Positions 42,973 through 55,875 of a stretch of DNA of 64,000 bases are shown here, piece after piece (positions within the stretch are counted from its first letter, which is position 1; each line of letters starts with the position of its first letter). Below the pieces are notes generated by a model. The model had not been told where the DNA came from. It was given only the letters and a program-made list of their open reading frames with translations, and searched no databases. This DNA is from Lama glama (Eukaryota): the NCBI GenBank assembly GCA_028534125.1, contig CM052817.1, positions 91,452,001-91,516,000 of the forward strand. Direction: 5' to 3'. Position numbers and translations under genes: made by a program.

Positions 42973-44790
42973 TAGATACAATTGCCCAACTCTGATAGCC
43001 TCACCACTGTAGGATATTTTGGCAAATGCCAATGTAGCTTCCTTACAGAAATGCCTGCTATGTACAAAATGTTGGGGAAAGTATAAAGATACAGTTACCT
43101 CTTCTAGGATATTAGAATCAAAAATAGATGTACAGTATATGACTAGGATTAAGGTCAGATATAGTAATTATCATGTACATGTGTGGATAAAATTTAGTTA
43201 ATAAATATAGAGCTTAGAATAGTGTCTGGTACACAGTAAGTATTAGATAAGTGTCAGCTATTTGCCATTGTTATAAATAGAAGATGTGATGTTTGAGGTG
43301 TATCTTGAAGAATGGATCATATTTCTAAAAGAAAAGATGCATAGAAGGGAAGAGTATCCATTAAGAAAACACAAGCGTGTATAAATAATTTTGATGTTGT
43401 CTGTGTTACCTGGGCCAGGTAAAGATTAAAGATTTATGGTATTGAATTGATTAATTCAAATGGTTCATTGAAAAAAAGAGTTTATCACTGAGGTGATACA
43501 TAGAAACTGGTTAGTAAGATCTGACAGAAAGTTACTGTTTCACACAGTGTCACTGTCCTACTAAAAAAATAAAATGATACCTGTAAAGAGTATCCATTAA
43601 AAAATCATGTTTATCAAAAGTAATTAATAGTGTTGGGGAAAGGGTACTATATAACATTGTTTCAAAATGAGATTCAAACTAACTATAGTTTGATCTTAAC
43701 ATTTATTAAGATATTTATATGGGTATGTAAAATACAAAAGTAGCTGGGAAGAAAATAGATCAAAAGATAAAAGAGATGATCTGTTGGTGGAATTTGAGTA
43801 ATTAAAATATTATCGTCCATATTTTCTATTTTCTACAATGATTATATTATAATTTGGAAAATTAGTTTAATAAATACTCCAGTAATTTTAACCTTTAATA
43901 CAATTCTCTTTTAAAAAAACAAATATTCTTTCATGTAACCCTGAGGTATAAAATACAAAAGCTGTTCTGCTTAAAGCAGGGAAGGGCAGTCCAAATTCCA
44001 TTCAGTTGACTTTTTGGCTGTGTACTAACCTTTGAAGCACTCTCCAGAACTTGGAATCCATTGCAACAGTGTGAAATGGGTAATGACAAAGGGCATGGCA
44101 GTAATTTTAGTGCTGGGACAAGGGAAAAGGAATTATCAGAGGAGCCTGGGGGTTTGAATTTTGATATTTGGAGAATTGTACCAGATTAGGGAAATCTTAA
44201 CAAAGAGGTAGTTATGGATGAGACTTGGAAGTGTAGTGAGTTTTCGGGTGCAGGTTTCTATTCCAGGTGGAGACACTTACTGAAGCTTGGGAAACAGGTT
44301 TTGGGGTGGGGAGATAACGTAGAGAAAGATTAGAAAATGACTGAAAACATAACCTTAGTGAATACTCTACCTTTTGAAGGAAAAGAGGAACCAGGGATTG
44401 ACAGGACAGGAGCAGTCAAATAAAAGGGAAACCATTTCACATGTCACAAAACGCAAGAAAGGAAATAGTTTCAAGTATAAACAATGACGTTTTCTAAGTA
44501 ATGGGGAAAATTTGTTTATTTTGACTAAAGGAGGTTAGGAAATGAAATGGCTTCAGTTTTTTTGTTTATATGGCATTAGTTCAAATAATGTTGAATGCTA
44601 TCTAAAGTTTTTATACTTAAAACTTCTTTTCTTAAAGAATGTTGTATGAAAAATATTAGTTAATGTTGCTTATCTGAGGAAATCATTTCCTTCAGTCATG
44701 TTAGTTCAGATGTGATTGACTCTAAATTAGTTTTTCTGTTTGTAAGATCTTAGTCCTCCAAAAGAGGGCGTCTCTTTTTTTATCAAATGA

Positions 44791-44943
<153 letters not shown>

Positions 44944-46602
44944 TAAGTATCTGATTACAGTAGTTGATAGTGACTGTACAAGTGATTTGTACAAGCTTAT
45001 CGTAAACTCAATCATTTTAAAGCTGTTGTGATTAAGTTGGCTAAGGGGAAAAGCAGAGTTCTTTTCTTTGTAATAAAAGTCTTTATTTTAAAGTTATAAA
45101 TGTTACCTGATTTTGACATAGAATCGTTCATTCCACATATTTGAGAATCACCTTTGTTTCTGTTTCTAAAAAGTTAGTAAATTGAAGTTTTGAATTGTAT
45201 TTCATTATGTAGAACTTCTTAGTAAATTGTTCTAATATTGAAGGATCTCTTTGAAATTGGTAAGTTATCCACTTGTTTATCTGTTTTTAGCACAATTATG
45301 TGAGTCAAAATTTTTGTTATTGTAGTTTAAAAAGAACTTTAAAACAATCATTGTACTTTTCAAATATATTGACAGTAAGATCTGTACGTTAGTTTTAATG
45401 TGATGTAAAACTGCAAGATTTTAAAGAATGAAAGGTCAAATTTTATGCTAATTATCTCTTGTTTTATAGTTGAGAAATCTGAGTCCCTAACAGGTTAGAT
45501 TACTTATTCAAGATAACATCAATAACTAGTAATGAAGCAGGGATGAGAGCCCAGGTTTTCATATTGTTCTTTCTACTACAAGAGCTTTAAATTTAGAATA
45601 AAATACCCCTGTAGTTAAGTAGTGTTGTTTTTGTTTTGATTTTTAAGTGACTGGATAAGGAGAAGTTGAATCTTTAATAGAACAATTTGCAAAATTTGGA
45701 AGTACTATTAAATTAGCTATCCCATTGCTATATACTCAGCCCCATATTAATTTATACATTATATAAAAATAATGAAATTAAACCAAGCAGCCCAGTCATT
45801 CTTTTGAAAAATGCTACATTGTCCCAGTTAAGAACATTGGTTTGACTTCTAAGAAAAAAGTAAAGCCTTACTTAAATTATATTTATGTTTATTAAAAAAG
45901 TGATTCCTGGTTATAGACACAAGAAAAATTTTCCCTCAATTTAAAAAATTCTGAAAGTAATAAATATTATAACCACATAATGGAAAGTAGAAGAAAGAAT
46001 TGCTGTATTTAGAGAAAATGAAGTTTCTTCCTTTTTAGTCTCTTTTTGTATTAAAAAAAAACTGAAATCATGAATCAGAAAATTAAGAATAGAAATAATA
46101 GTCTTAATTTATTATCAGTTAGGATATACTTTCAATATACATACTTTGTTTTTAAACAATCAGTTCTTTCCTGAAAGATAATATAAAATAATATGTATAC
46201 ATCTTATGGAGTTGGAGACTTTCCTTTGAAATGTAAATTAAAAGTGATATTTAGATATATTTGTTTGTAATAAGTATATAGATTGATGAACATATGACTA
46301 TTTTCTTACAACAGCTGTTTCAGAAAATAAAATGCTCATGAACTTTAAAAGAAAAAAAGCAGAATCATCCTGACATAAAAGTTAGAGTTATTGATTGGAG
46401 TTAAATGTTAGCTATGCCCATTGTGCCAGGTGTTCAGCTGATATCATTGTCAGGAAGAGATTTACAAAGTGATTCTCATTTTGACTAAATTTAGGCAATG
46501 AAAGGAGTGATAATTTATAGTGATAAAGATGCTCTGTCTCTTTTAAAAGCCTTCAAGAACTTGGGTAGACTGTTAATTACCTCTGTTAAGAATAGGTGTG
46601 TA

Positions 46603-47304
46603 CTGTTGGTGGAAGTATAATTTGGTACAGCCACTATGGAAAACAGTATAGAGATTCCTTAAGAGACTAAAAAACAGAGTTACCATATGATCCAGCAATC
46701 CCACTCGTGGGCATATTATCCGGAGGAAAGTCTAATTCGGAGAAATGCACACCCCTGTGTTCATAGCAACACTATTTACGATAGCCAAGACATGGAAGCA
46801 CCCTAAATGTCCATTGACAGATGACTGGATAAAGATGATATCCAGAAGATACACACACGCACTCACTCACTCACTGTGGAATACTACTTACCATAAAAAA
46901 GAATGGAGTAATCCTTTTTACAGCAACATAGAGATTACCATACTAAGTGAAATAAGTCAAAAAGAGAAAGACAAATATCATATAATATCACTTACATGTA
47001 GAATCTTAAAAAATGATATAAATGGACTTATTTACAAAATAGAAATAGACTCACAGACATAGAAAACAAACTTACGGTTACCAAAGGGGAAGAAGGTCAG
47101 GATAAACTAGGAGTTTGGGATTAGCAGATACAAACTACTATATGTAAAACAGACAACAACGTTCTACTGTATAGCACGGGGAACTACATTCAGTTTCTTA
47201 AAATAACCTATAATGAAAAAGTATATATGTATGTATATACACAGACACACATATATATGTATGTATAACTGAATCGCTATGCTCTACACCAGAAACTAAA
47301 ACAC
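46603..47304 (+). mobile_element. L1 3' fragment lacking poly(A) tail
   Basis: ORF 46745-47062 (TPVFIATLFTIAKTWKHPKCP) is the L1 ORF2 C-terminus; AGGTGTGTA repeats at 46594-46602 and 47305-47313. Confidence 0.92.
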
Positions 47305-49281
47305 AGGTGTGTATACTATAAAGGTATTTGTAAAACTACAGAAACACAGAATAGGGGCATCTTTGTTACTATATCCCACTTTAATTAATGTATTTGGTAC
47401 TTTAAAGAAAGATTTGACTTTGAAGTAACTTTTCAGGAACACATTTGTGGTGTTAAGTTACATTGTAGTAACTGCTTTACAAAGAAGTATGGAGGAAAAA
47501 ACGCCTCTACACTTTAAAAAAAATCAGCTGTACAAGCTTCTCTAAGTGAATGTTTATTCATTTTAGCATGGTTATGGGTACCTTCCAAATCTCCAGAATG
47601 TTGTTATACTACCAGTATAAATAATAATTGCTACATGAGGTCATTTACTGTATAGGATGCTTCCTCCCTACTTTTTGATTAGAAGGGTGATACTCCTGTT
47701 TCCAAGGTTTTCACCGTTTGTTTTTTTTTTAAGTTGTAGGACTTAAAGCTATTTAAATTATATTTCTGGTCAGTGCTAAGTAAAAGATAGGAGCTTAGTT
47801 ATTATTTGGTCACCTTGATCTACAATGAATCTTGCATCGTTTTTCCTCTATCATTTGTACAAACTCATTTCTTCCTTTTATCTGCAAATTACTTTTCTTT
47901 TGTACTTAACGTATTTCTCCCCCCGAAACCTTGCTTAATTAATACTCTCATTTATTTATTTGGCCAGTTTGAGTGGTAATCATTTTGTAGGTTGTGCCAT
48001 AACCTAGGTGTGACTAATCATTATCTCACACAAAATTTGAACATTTTCTACCCAAACTATTAACAAAAAGTGTCAGCCAGCCTAAGAACCCAGGGAAACT
48101 CCTTTTGCTAAGAATCAGGCCCCATCTTCAGTGTGGCTTTTAACTGTTATGATTACTGAATTTATTCAATCTGTTAATAAGCTAATAGGATGAATTAAAC
48201 ATTATTTTAATTTTAGAATCTCTGAGGACTCAAATCAAAAACTCCTTAGAAAATATTTTATTCCCCTCCTCTCAACCAGTTATTATTTTTTTCTTGATTC
48301 ATCTACAGAACTTATTATTATGTCATGGAAGATAAAGTAGTCTTTTTTTTTTTTTTTTTTTTTTTACTTTCTTGAGACCTCAATAGTTTTTTTTTTTTAT
48401 CACTTTCATAGGAGTTTTAGATTAACACCCCCCACACACACACACACAATTAGTCTTTAGTATAGAAGGTTATCTAATTTGAGGTTGTTCCTTTCCTTAA
48501 AGGTGTAGGTAAGATTTCACTATACAAAATTCCATAGGACACTCTTAATTTTACTGCAGTAGGATTGATTGATTGTAATTAATATCTTTCTGGAAATTAT
48601 GGTTCCAGTCTACATGATTTAGGGGAGGAAACTGAGTTGGCCACAGTTTGTGAATTAGTAAGGAAATGTTTTTGGAATACCTATTAGTCAATGTTGGGAG
48701 TTATTTAAATATTTCCTCTTTACACATTCCAAACACAAAAGATACGTATTTATATATTTGTTTTTAATTATATGGGCTTTTTTTTAAACAGCAGTTTTTA
48801 TTTCTCGAGATTGTTTAATTTGAGGAAAACAAGTTAATGAAAGTAATGAAAAACATAAAGGGGGTTTCCAACTATAATGTAAACTACACAGTTACTTTCC
48901 TGTCTGCATATAAAGTATCCTAAAAGCATTTCAAGCAAAGCAATGAGTCACAGAGAAATAACATATTTTATAGATGACTTCTGTTGACATCTGTGTTCAT
49001 TGTAATTGGCTTTAATCTATTTAAACAATTTTTCTTCCCATTCTCTGCACTCCTGCGTTCCCTCCTCCCTAAAAGACAAATATTAATTAATTGCCAAATC
49101 CAGTTGAAAGTACAGCCATAATGGAGGTTAAGCTAAATTCTTTAACTAGTAGCTAAGTTATTTCAACTATTGACTTCTATAGAATGATGGAAGAAATGCT
49201 GTTCAGAAAAGATCATATCAATTACTCAGTTACTAAATTATGTGTAGAATAGTTTCCTTGTATGTTTACTATTTAAGAGTT

Positions 49282-49525
49282 CAGTGTTCTTTTAAACAAG
49301 GTAGTGATCCATTAGTGAGGCAGTGAAAGCAATTTACTGGGTCTTTACCAGTATTTGAAAACCTAAAATAGAAATAGAATAAAGTAGAAGACACCAGCAT
49401 GTGTTGCACAGAGTAAGGGTCAGTGTTCTGTGAAACTTTTACTACACATAATGAGTTATGTATATAGGATACATGTTCATTACAGTATAAGATACTTGGT
49501 TGTTGTCAAAGTTTGAAAGGCACAA
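49282..49525. mobile_element. hAT-Charlie-like non-autonomous DNA element
   Basis: cagtgttcttttaaac start and gtttgaaaggcac end (degenerate TIRs). Confidence 0.5.
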
Positions 49526-50476
49526 CAGTAATTCCTAACTATAAAGAAAATCTATGTTTTAAATCCTACAACAAAAACAGTAACTACAATATATGGAATA
49601 TATTGTGTAATTAGCTAATCGTATAATTAGCTCTTTTACACATAGCTTTTCTTTACTGTGATCCTTCCAGGTTAAGTATCACCTCAGTTTTACAGATCAA
49701 GAGAGGTTATGATTTGTCCAAGCCTAGATTCATACCCAGGTCTGTCTGGCTCAAAGCTCCAGACTGTCTCTCTATACCAAAATAATAATGAAACAAAACT
49801 TAACTATGATTCAATCTAGAGAGGTTGGGGAACAACTTTTCCATCTCCAAATCCCAGTGCCTGGAAATATGAAGAATACAGTGTATTCATTTCAGGAAAA
49901 TACTTTGGTGTTCCTTTGGAGTATATTATATAGTGATTGTTCAAGTCACATAACCCCTGAAAATAAGGTCAATGAAGTCAGCCATTTTTTTTTAAATGAT
50001 AAATTTGTAACGCCTTACTTGGGCATAGAAGAAGATGGAGAGGACAAGGAAAATTCTGTTGTCTTCAGTACTACATATTTGCTGTGACACTATTCACCAG
50101 GTAGGTGCCATCAAAGCCCCTGCTTTAGAAAGTCCCTTTAAAATTGAGGGGGGCAGCTGCTAGGGGCTTAGAAGATTGTGAAACTCTATCTTTCATCATC
50201 TATATTGCTTTCAGTGTAGAATTCTTTTCTGGAAATGAATCATCTGTCAGTGAAATGTCTTTGCTAGCCTTTAGAAAATTATTAGATTATTCTGCTGATA
50301 CACATTCTTCAAATTTATATAGGTAAGCTCTTCTTTAAATGTTGAATTGTCAGTAGGTTTTTCTAGTCTTTGTATATAGTTTTGTTTCATTGGACTCATC
50401 AAGTAGATAATTTTTTAACTCTTACAGACTTTCAGAGTATCCAGCTACTAATAGAGTTTATTTTTAATTTGTTCAG

Positions 50477-50623
50477 CAGTGTGTGAAAGTAAAGATTTAC
50501 CTGATACAGTTAGAACAGTATTAAAACAAGAAATGAATCGTCTTTTTGGAGCAACGAATCCAAAGAATTTTAATGAAACTTTTCTGAAAAGGAATTCTGA
50601 TTCATTGCCACACAGATTATCAG
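50477..50623 (+). CDS. NAA15: NAA15 exon 18 ([24 protein letters not shown]...PHRLS); NAGNAG acceptor (alt start 50480)
   Basis: Manual translation; ttcagcag acceptor, CAG|gtattc donor; 147 or 144 nt. Confidence 0.95.
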
Positions 50624-51225
50624 GTATTCGCTTTGTTTCACCCTTACCTTAGCCTCTGAAACAACTAGTTTTTATTTGATGGATCGATGACAAGGTTACA
50701 CATTTTTTGAATGGAAGAAGCAATGTGTATATGTCACATTTTAATCTCATGGAAACAGGCAGCTTAAATATGCTTCCTATAAATTTTTTAATTTCTTAGA
50801 TAAAATTATGACTATAAATCAAGGCAAATAGTTTCTCCTGGTTCTGCATAGGCATTACAAAGAAGCAAGTATAGCTGAATTTAGCTATCTGTTACATACG
50901 AAAGAGGAGCTTTCTATCTATTTTCTTTCTCTCAACAACATGCTCTTAAAATTTACTGGGTTGCAACCATCATCTTTCATTTTTCATGCTTTTATAAGAT
51001 GTCAAGCTTGTAATTGGCAGTAATAAACACCTAAAAACACCTCATGAGTGAGGATCATCTGGCAAGGGTCTGTGCTAGAGAGCCAAAGTCTGGACTGGGT
51101 GGGACCATATGGATAATGCTTTTAAAATACCTAGCTAAGAAGCTCAGCAACTTTGTGGAATTCTGAATTCAGTTTTTTGGCTCATACTGTTAAGGTTGGG
51201 TATCTCCCCTACCGCTACCCCCCAT

Positions 51226-51323
51226 CTCTCTCTCTCTCTCTCTCTCACTCACTCACTCACACACACACACACACGTATTCCCTCCACCACACACGCACAC
51301 ACACACACACACACGTATTCCCT
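51226..51323. repeat. Compound (CT)n(CACT)n(CA)n microsatellite with duplicated (CA)n-CGTATTCCCT unit
   Basis: Directly visible. Confidence 0.93.
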
Positions 51324-51523
51324 TCACCCCTAGATTATGCTCATTTAGAGAAGAAAAGAAAACTATCCATGGCCCTACTACACAAGGACAAATATTATTA
51401 GACTATTTGCATTTCTTCAAGTCTCTCTTGCCTTAATCATTTTCACACTCTGTGTGCACATGACACGTTGCATTTTATATTTGAATGGATAGAAGATAAG
51501 ATGCTGTTTTTACTTTGAAATAA

Positions 51524-51664
<141 letters not shown>

Positions 51665-52959
51665 TAATTTCTTTGTAAGGATACCTGACCATTTTTTGCT
51701 TCTCTTTTCACCAAGAGAATAATTTTCACCAAATATTTTTTTGTTGTTTATGTGTGCTAATCTCTAAACCATTTATGAATCTATATCAGAAACTTAGCTT
51801 ATCTTAAATTTATGTAGGATTGTATATTGTGCACACATGTACAACAGGCTACTTGGCATTCAATAACTAGTTTCACATTTAGTTTAACAGAATAATTGTT
51901 TAGAATAATTTGTTACAAATATATTTTAGTAAAATCATACACATTCCACAGTTAAGTTTAGATTTCAATTCATATTTATGTATTTCTGAGCAAGCAGTGG
52001 TCTCAGTGACAATTCTGACATTTAAGATGTATTTACCAGGGTACAGATTCTAGTTTAGACAGAAAACAAAGACCACTTTGTGTGATAATAGGCCAGATCA
52101 GAAAGCACTTACTGAAAGACAGTTTAGTATATTCTTTTAAAAGCAAATGAAGGAAATAACTTCAAGCAAGAAAATTTTTACTTCTTGGATTCCATTTACT
52201 ACAGCATTTAGATTAGAACCTTTCTAGACTGACTGGCAGTTTGTGAGGTATTTTATATCTGGAAACTGTGTAGTATTTTCCAAGTGTAAAGATGAAGAAA
52301 GAAAACATGAGAAATGCAAGTCAATATGAATCATTTAAGAATATAACTAAACCTACTTAAGGGTTTGGTTGAAAGAATTATCGATTTTCATAAACAACTA
52401 CTTCTTGTATGTATATCCTTTGTGTTTGACCCTTGTGTATACCCTTTCCTGCCTAGTCATTGGACATACCTGTAAGATTCTCTTTAATTTGAATACATGG
52501 TTGAAAAACAATTTTGCAGACTGGCTGTAAATTCAAAGGCTTAAGTGTAGTAATTCAAAAAATTCAAAGTCTTTAAAATTCAAAGGCTTAAGTGTAGTAA
52601 TTGACATTAGCATGCAAATTTCAACATCTATGCACAGGGCCAGCTAGGCTGTGAGGCAGGGTTGCTGACGGGCACTTACCGAGAGTGAGTGTCTTTAAAT
52701 GTAGCACTCTACATACCTTGTTTGCCCCATCTTAGTCCTGGCCCTATTTATACATCCATCCTTTTGTGTAAACTCTTCAGTTCTGAAGAAACTAATTCTA
52801 ATGGAACACATAGAGTAAGTGCTTTTGTGTATCTTTAATATGTACATTTGCCTCTTATTTTGGCAATCTGTTGATAATGAAATGTCTAATAAATTCACAG
52901 GAAAATCTTTTTTTTTATCTTCTTGACAAGTTATAACATGACCTTTTTTCTTTCTTTAG

Positions 52960-53160
<201 letters not shown>

Positions 53161-55875
53161 ACATCATTAAACAAGCAAATGGAATGACTTTGGACCATAT
53201 CTAGTGTATAATATTTTTGTCACGCACCTGCTGCATTGCTCTAACTTACACAGAATGAGAAGAGTAAATGTTCTTGCCTTCAAATAGTGTTTTACGTTTT
53301 TATCCTGCTGAAAAAGTATATATAAAATATCTAACATATTACAGGATATAGGTTCAGTTTCTTAAAAAATTAAAAGCTGCTAAAATTGAGAGGTTAAAAA
53401 AAGATACCTTATCCTATTCCTACCTACCCACCCATGTTTTTAAACTAATTTATATAAAATCTGGAGGCTGTTACAGCTAACAAAGCAGGTGTGTGGCAGA
53501 AATATTACTTTAAATTTGTCTTGTGAGATTTTACTATATCTCAGACAGCATAAATGCTGTTTTAGCACTGGATTCTTTCACTGAGCACAAAGAGTTGTTG
53601 GGGCTTTAGCATCTGACTGATTTTGTTACGGGGTTGATTCTGACCATAGGAAGTATGCAATGTGAATCACTATTTACAGAGAAACCTACAACAGATGCTT
53701 GACGTTGTAGCAGCTGGGACATATAGATACCAAGCAGAATTATAAGAAACCTAGAGGGTGTTCAATACGCTTGTTGTGTTTCCAAAATTCACTGTACATG
53801 ATCAGTTCGGTGTTCTTGTACCACAGTTTTTAACTGAAGGAACCAGTTGGAACAATCTCAATTTTAACTAAAACTTGAAGAACTAAAATAACAATGCAAA
53901 CCTTTCAGCATTGTTTTGGCCAAACTTGTTAAAACTGTAATGCAAGAACCAAATGCACTGTGATGTGGCACCAACTAATTAGCAAGCATGAATTTTTTCA
54001 CCCAAGAGTGAAAAAAGAAAATCTACTATGGCTTGAAGTTAAAGAGCAGAACTCCTGACAACCATTCTATGACTGATCAAGAGACTAATAGTTAAAAACC
54101 TCAGCAGGCCTTGTTCATGATATGCAGAAAAAAAAGTGCTGCAGTTTAGATACCTCTGGAATTTTTCCACAGTGTCACAGGTTTGTAATACTTGAAGCCC
54201 TACATTTCTAAGAATATATTTCTTGCTCAGTTGTTTCAGGCAAGCCCAAGACTTTGTAATTTTTAAAGGGCCCAAGATTTTTTTTTTTCAATAACAGACC
54301 AGCTTCTTTTTCCTGCAGTTACAGATGTAATTTCCTTTTTGTTGTCAAACATAAGGTACCAAATATGATGCAATAAATTGTTTTGAAAAACAGTTGTGTG
54401 AATATTTCAACTACTATGTGTTGGGCTTCTGTGAAAATACACAGGTGGAAACAGAGGTGCAAGCCAGAGGCAATGTAATGTGCTAGTGCAGATGGGAGCT
54501 TTTTAGAATGGGCTAAATGCTGGTGTCAGGGAAACGCCATAATGCAAGTGTAGTGCTGTTCCTGCATTAAGATTTCATTGAGGGCTAGGATGGCAGCAGG
54601 TACTATGAATAGAATTTGTAATTTGAAAGGAAAACTAAGAACTGCTATTTTGATTGAGAAAATGAGCCTTAAAATGTTAAGCCTCTACACTGAGAACTAG
54701 CCAGAGGCTCAGTATTCTCATTGTATTTTTAAGATCTCATCAGATAAGGAGATTAAGTAAAATGAATTGATTGTATATAATTGACCTTTTTGTGGTACTT
54801 TTAGTTTATAGAAAGTATATTCTAAAGGGAATTTTCAGGAGACCTGATCCTTTTACTGACTGAACAGTTGTGCTAAACTCAACCTTTCATAGTACATGAC
54901 CTGCATTCCACATCCCAGTCTAACAATTTAGTGATGTAAAGAGAAGTACAAACTGAACTCCAGTGCTTTGTTATGTTTTATTAACTGGCCCTGTCTCAGG
55001 AACATCTTAACAGATGGCAAAAACAAAAACAAAAACAAAAACTTCTTTTCAACTTCTCCTATGAGTGGCAACTGAAGTTCTTATTGTTGGTAAAGAACAC
55101 TAGTGCTACCTCTGCCACTAATGAGGTGTTTGGAGGAGGCACCAGCCATATAATAGGGGTGTATGTGTGAATTATGTTTAAACTCTACTGTATATTGAAA
55201 TGAAATTCATATATTTGTCTTGGCAATGTTCAAATGATGTAGATTGTCTTAGAATGAATATTCAGAAGTACTCAGAATTGATGCAGATGCCACCCATGAG
55301 GAGCTAAATTCCTAACCTGTATATTGTATTCCAACCCAATTTTACTGGAACTATTAAATAAATATTTTATTTTCTTTCAGGTTTACTTGATAGTGGATAC
55401 ATTGTTTGGTATCAGAGGACATTGACAAGGGTTCATTTTATGTCCAGAGATCACCCCTAAAACATTGTACTGTACTATCTTGCTCTGAGTGGTACCGACT
55501 GGATCATCTCACATTTGCCTCATTCACTCTATTCCAAATGATACTGTGGGAAAAAACAGGGTTAGAAAAACAAGTTGGGGGGAAAATGCAGTGATGTTGT
55601 AATCTAAACAAGTGCCTTATGTTTATTGCTAAGAACTGGTGTTATCAACCCTTTTGAGAAGAAAGGGTCCCTTGACCTGTATGAACATAGGAAAGTAAAG
55701 TTCTTTTTGTTTTTCTTTATATTTACTACTCTTGTCATTTCTCATTTAAAAACTAAAATCTGACTAGGTTAGTTTCCTCAGCTTTAATTAGATAATTGAA
55801 TCCTAACATTTTCAACATTTTTTTCTGTATCTATTTATTATGCACAAGAATAAAGCGTGATCTATAATAGCATGA
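53161..55875 (+). other. NAA15: NAA15 3' UTR (to distal poly(A) site; end approximate)
   Basis: ~2.7 kb after stop with no recognisable interspersed repeat; AATAAA at 54372-54377, ATTAAA/AATAAA at 55353-55362, AATAAA at 55849-55854 followed by GU/U-rich tract ~55905-55950. Confidence 0.75.
55849..55854 (+). terminator. Distal polyadenylation signal AATAAA
   Basis: Canonical hexamer with upstream TGTA/U-rich sequence and downstream GU-rich element. Confidence 0.7.
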
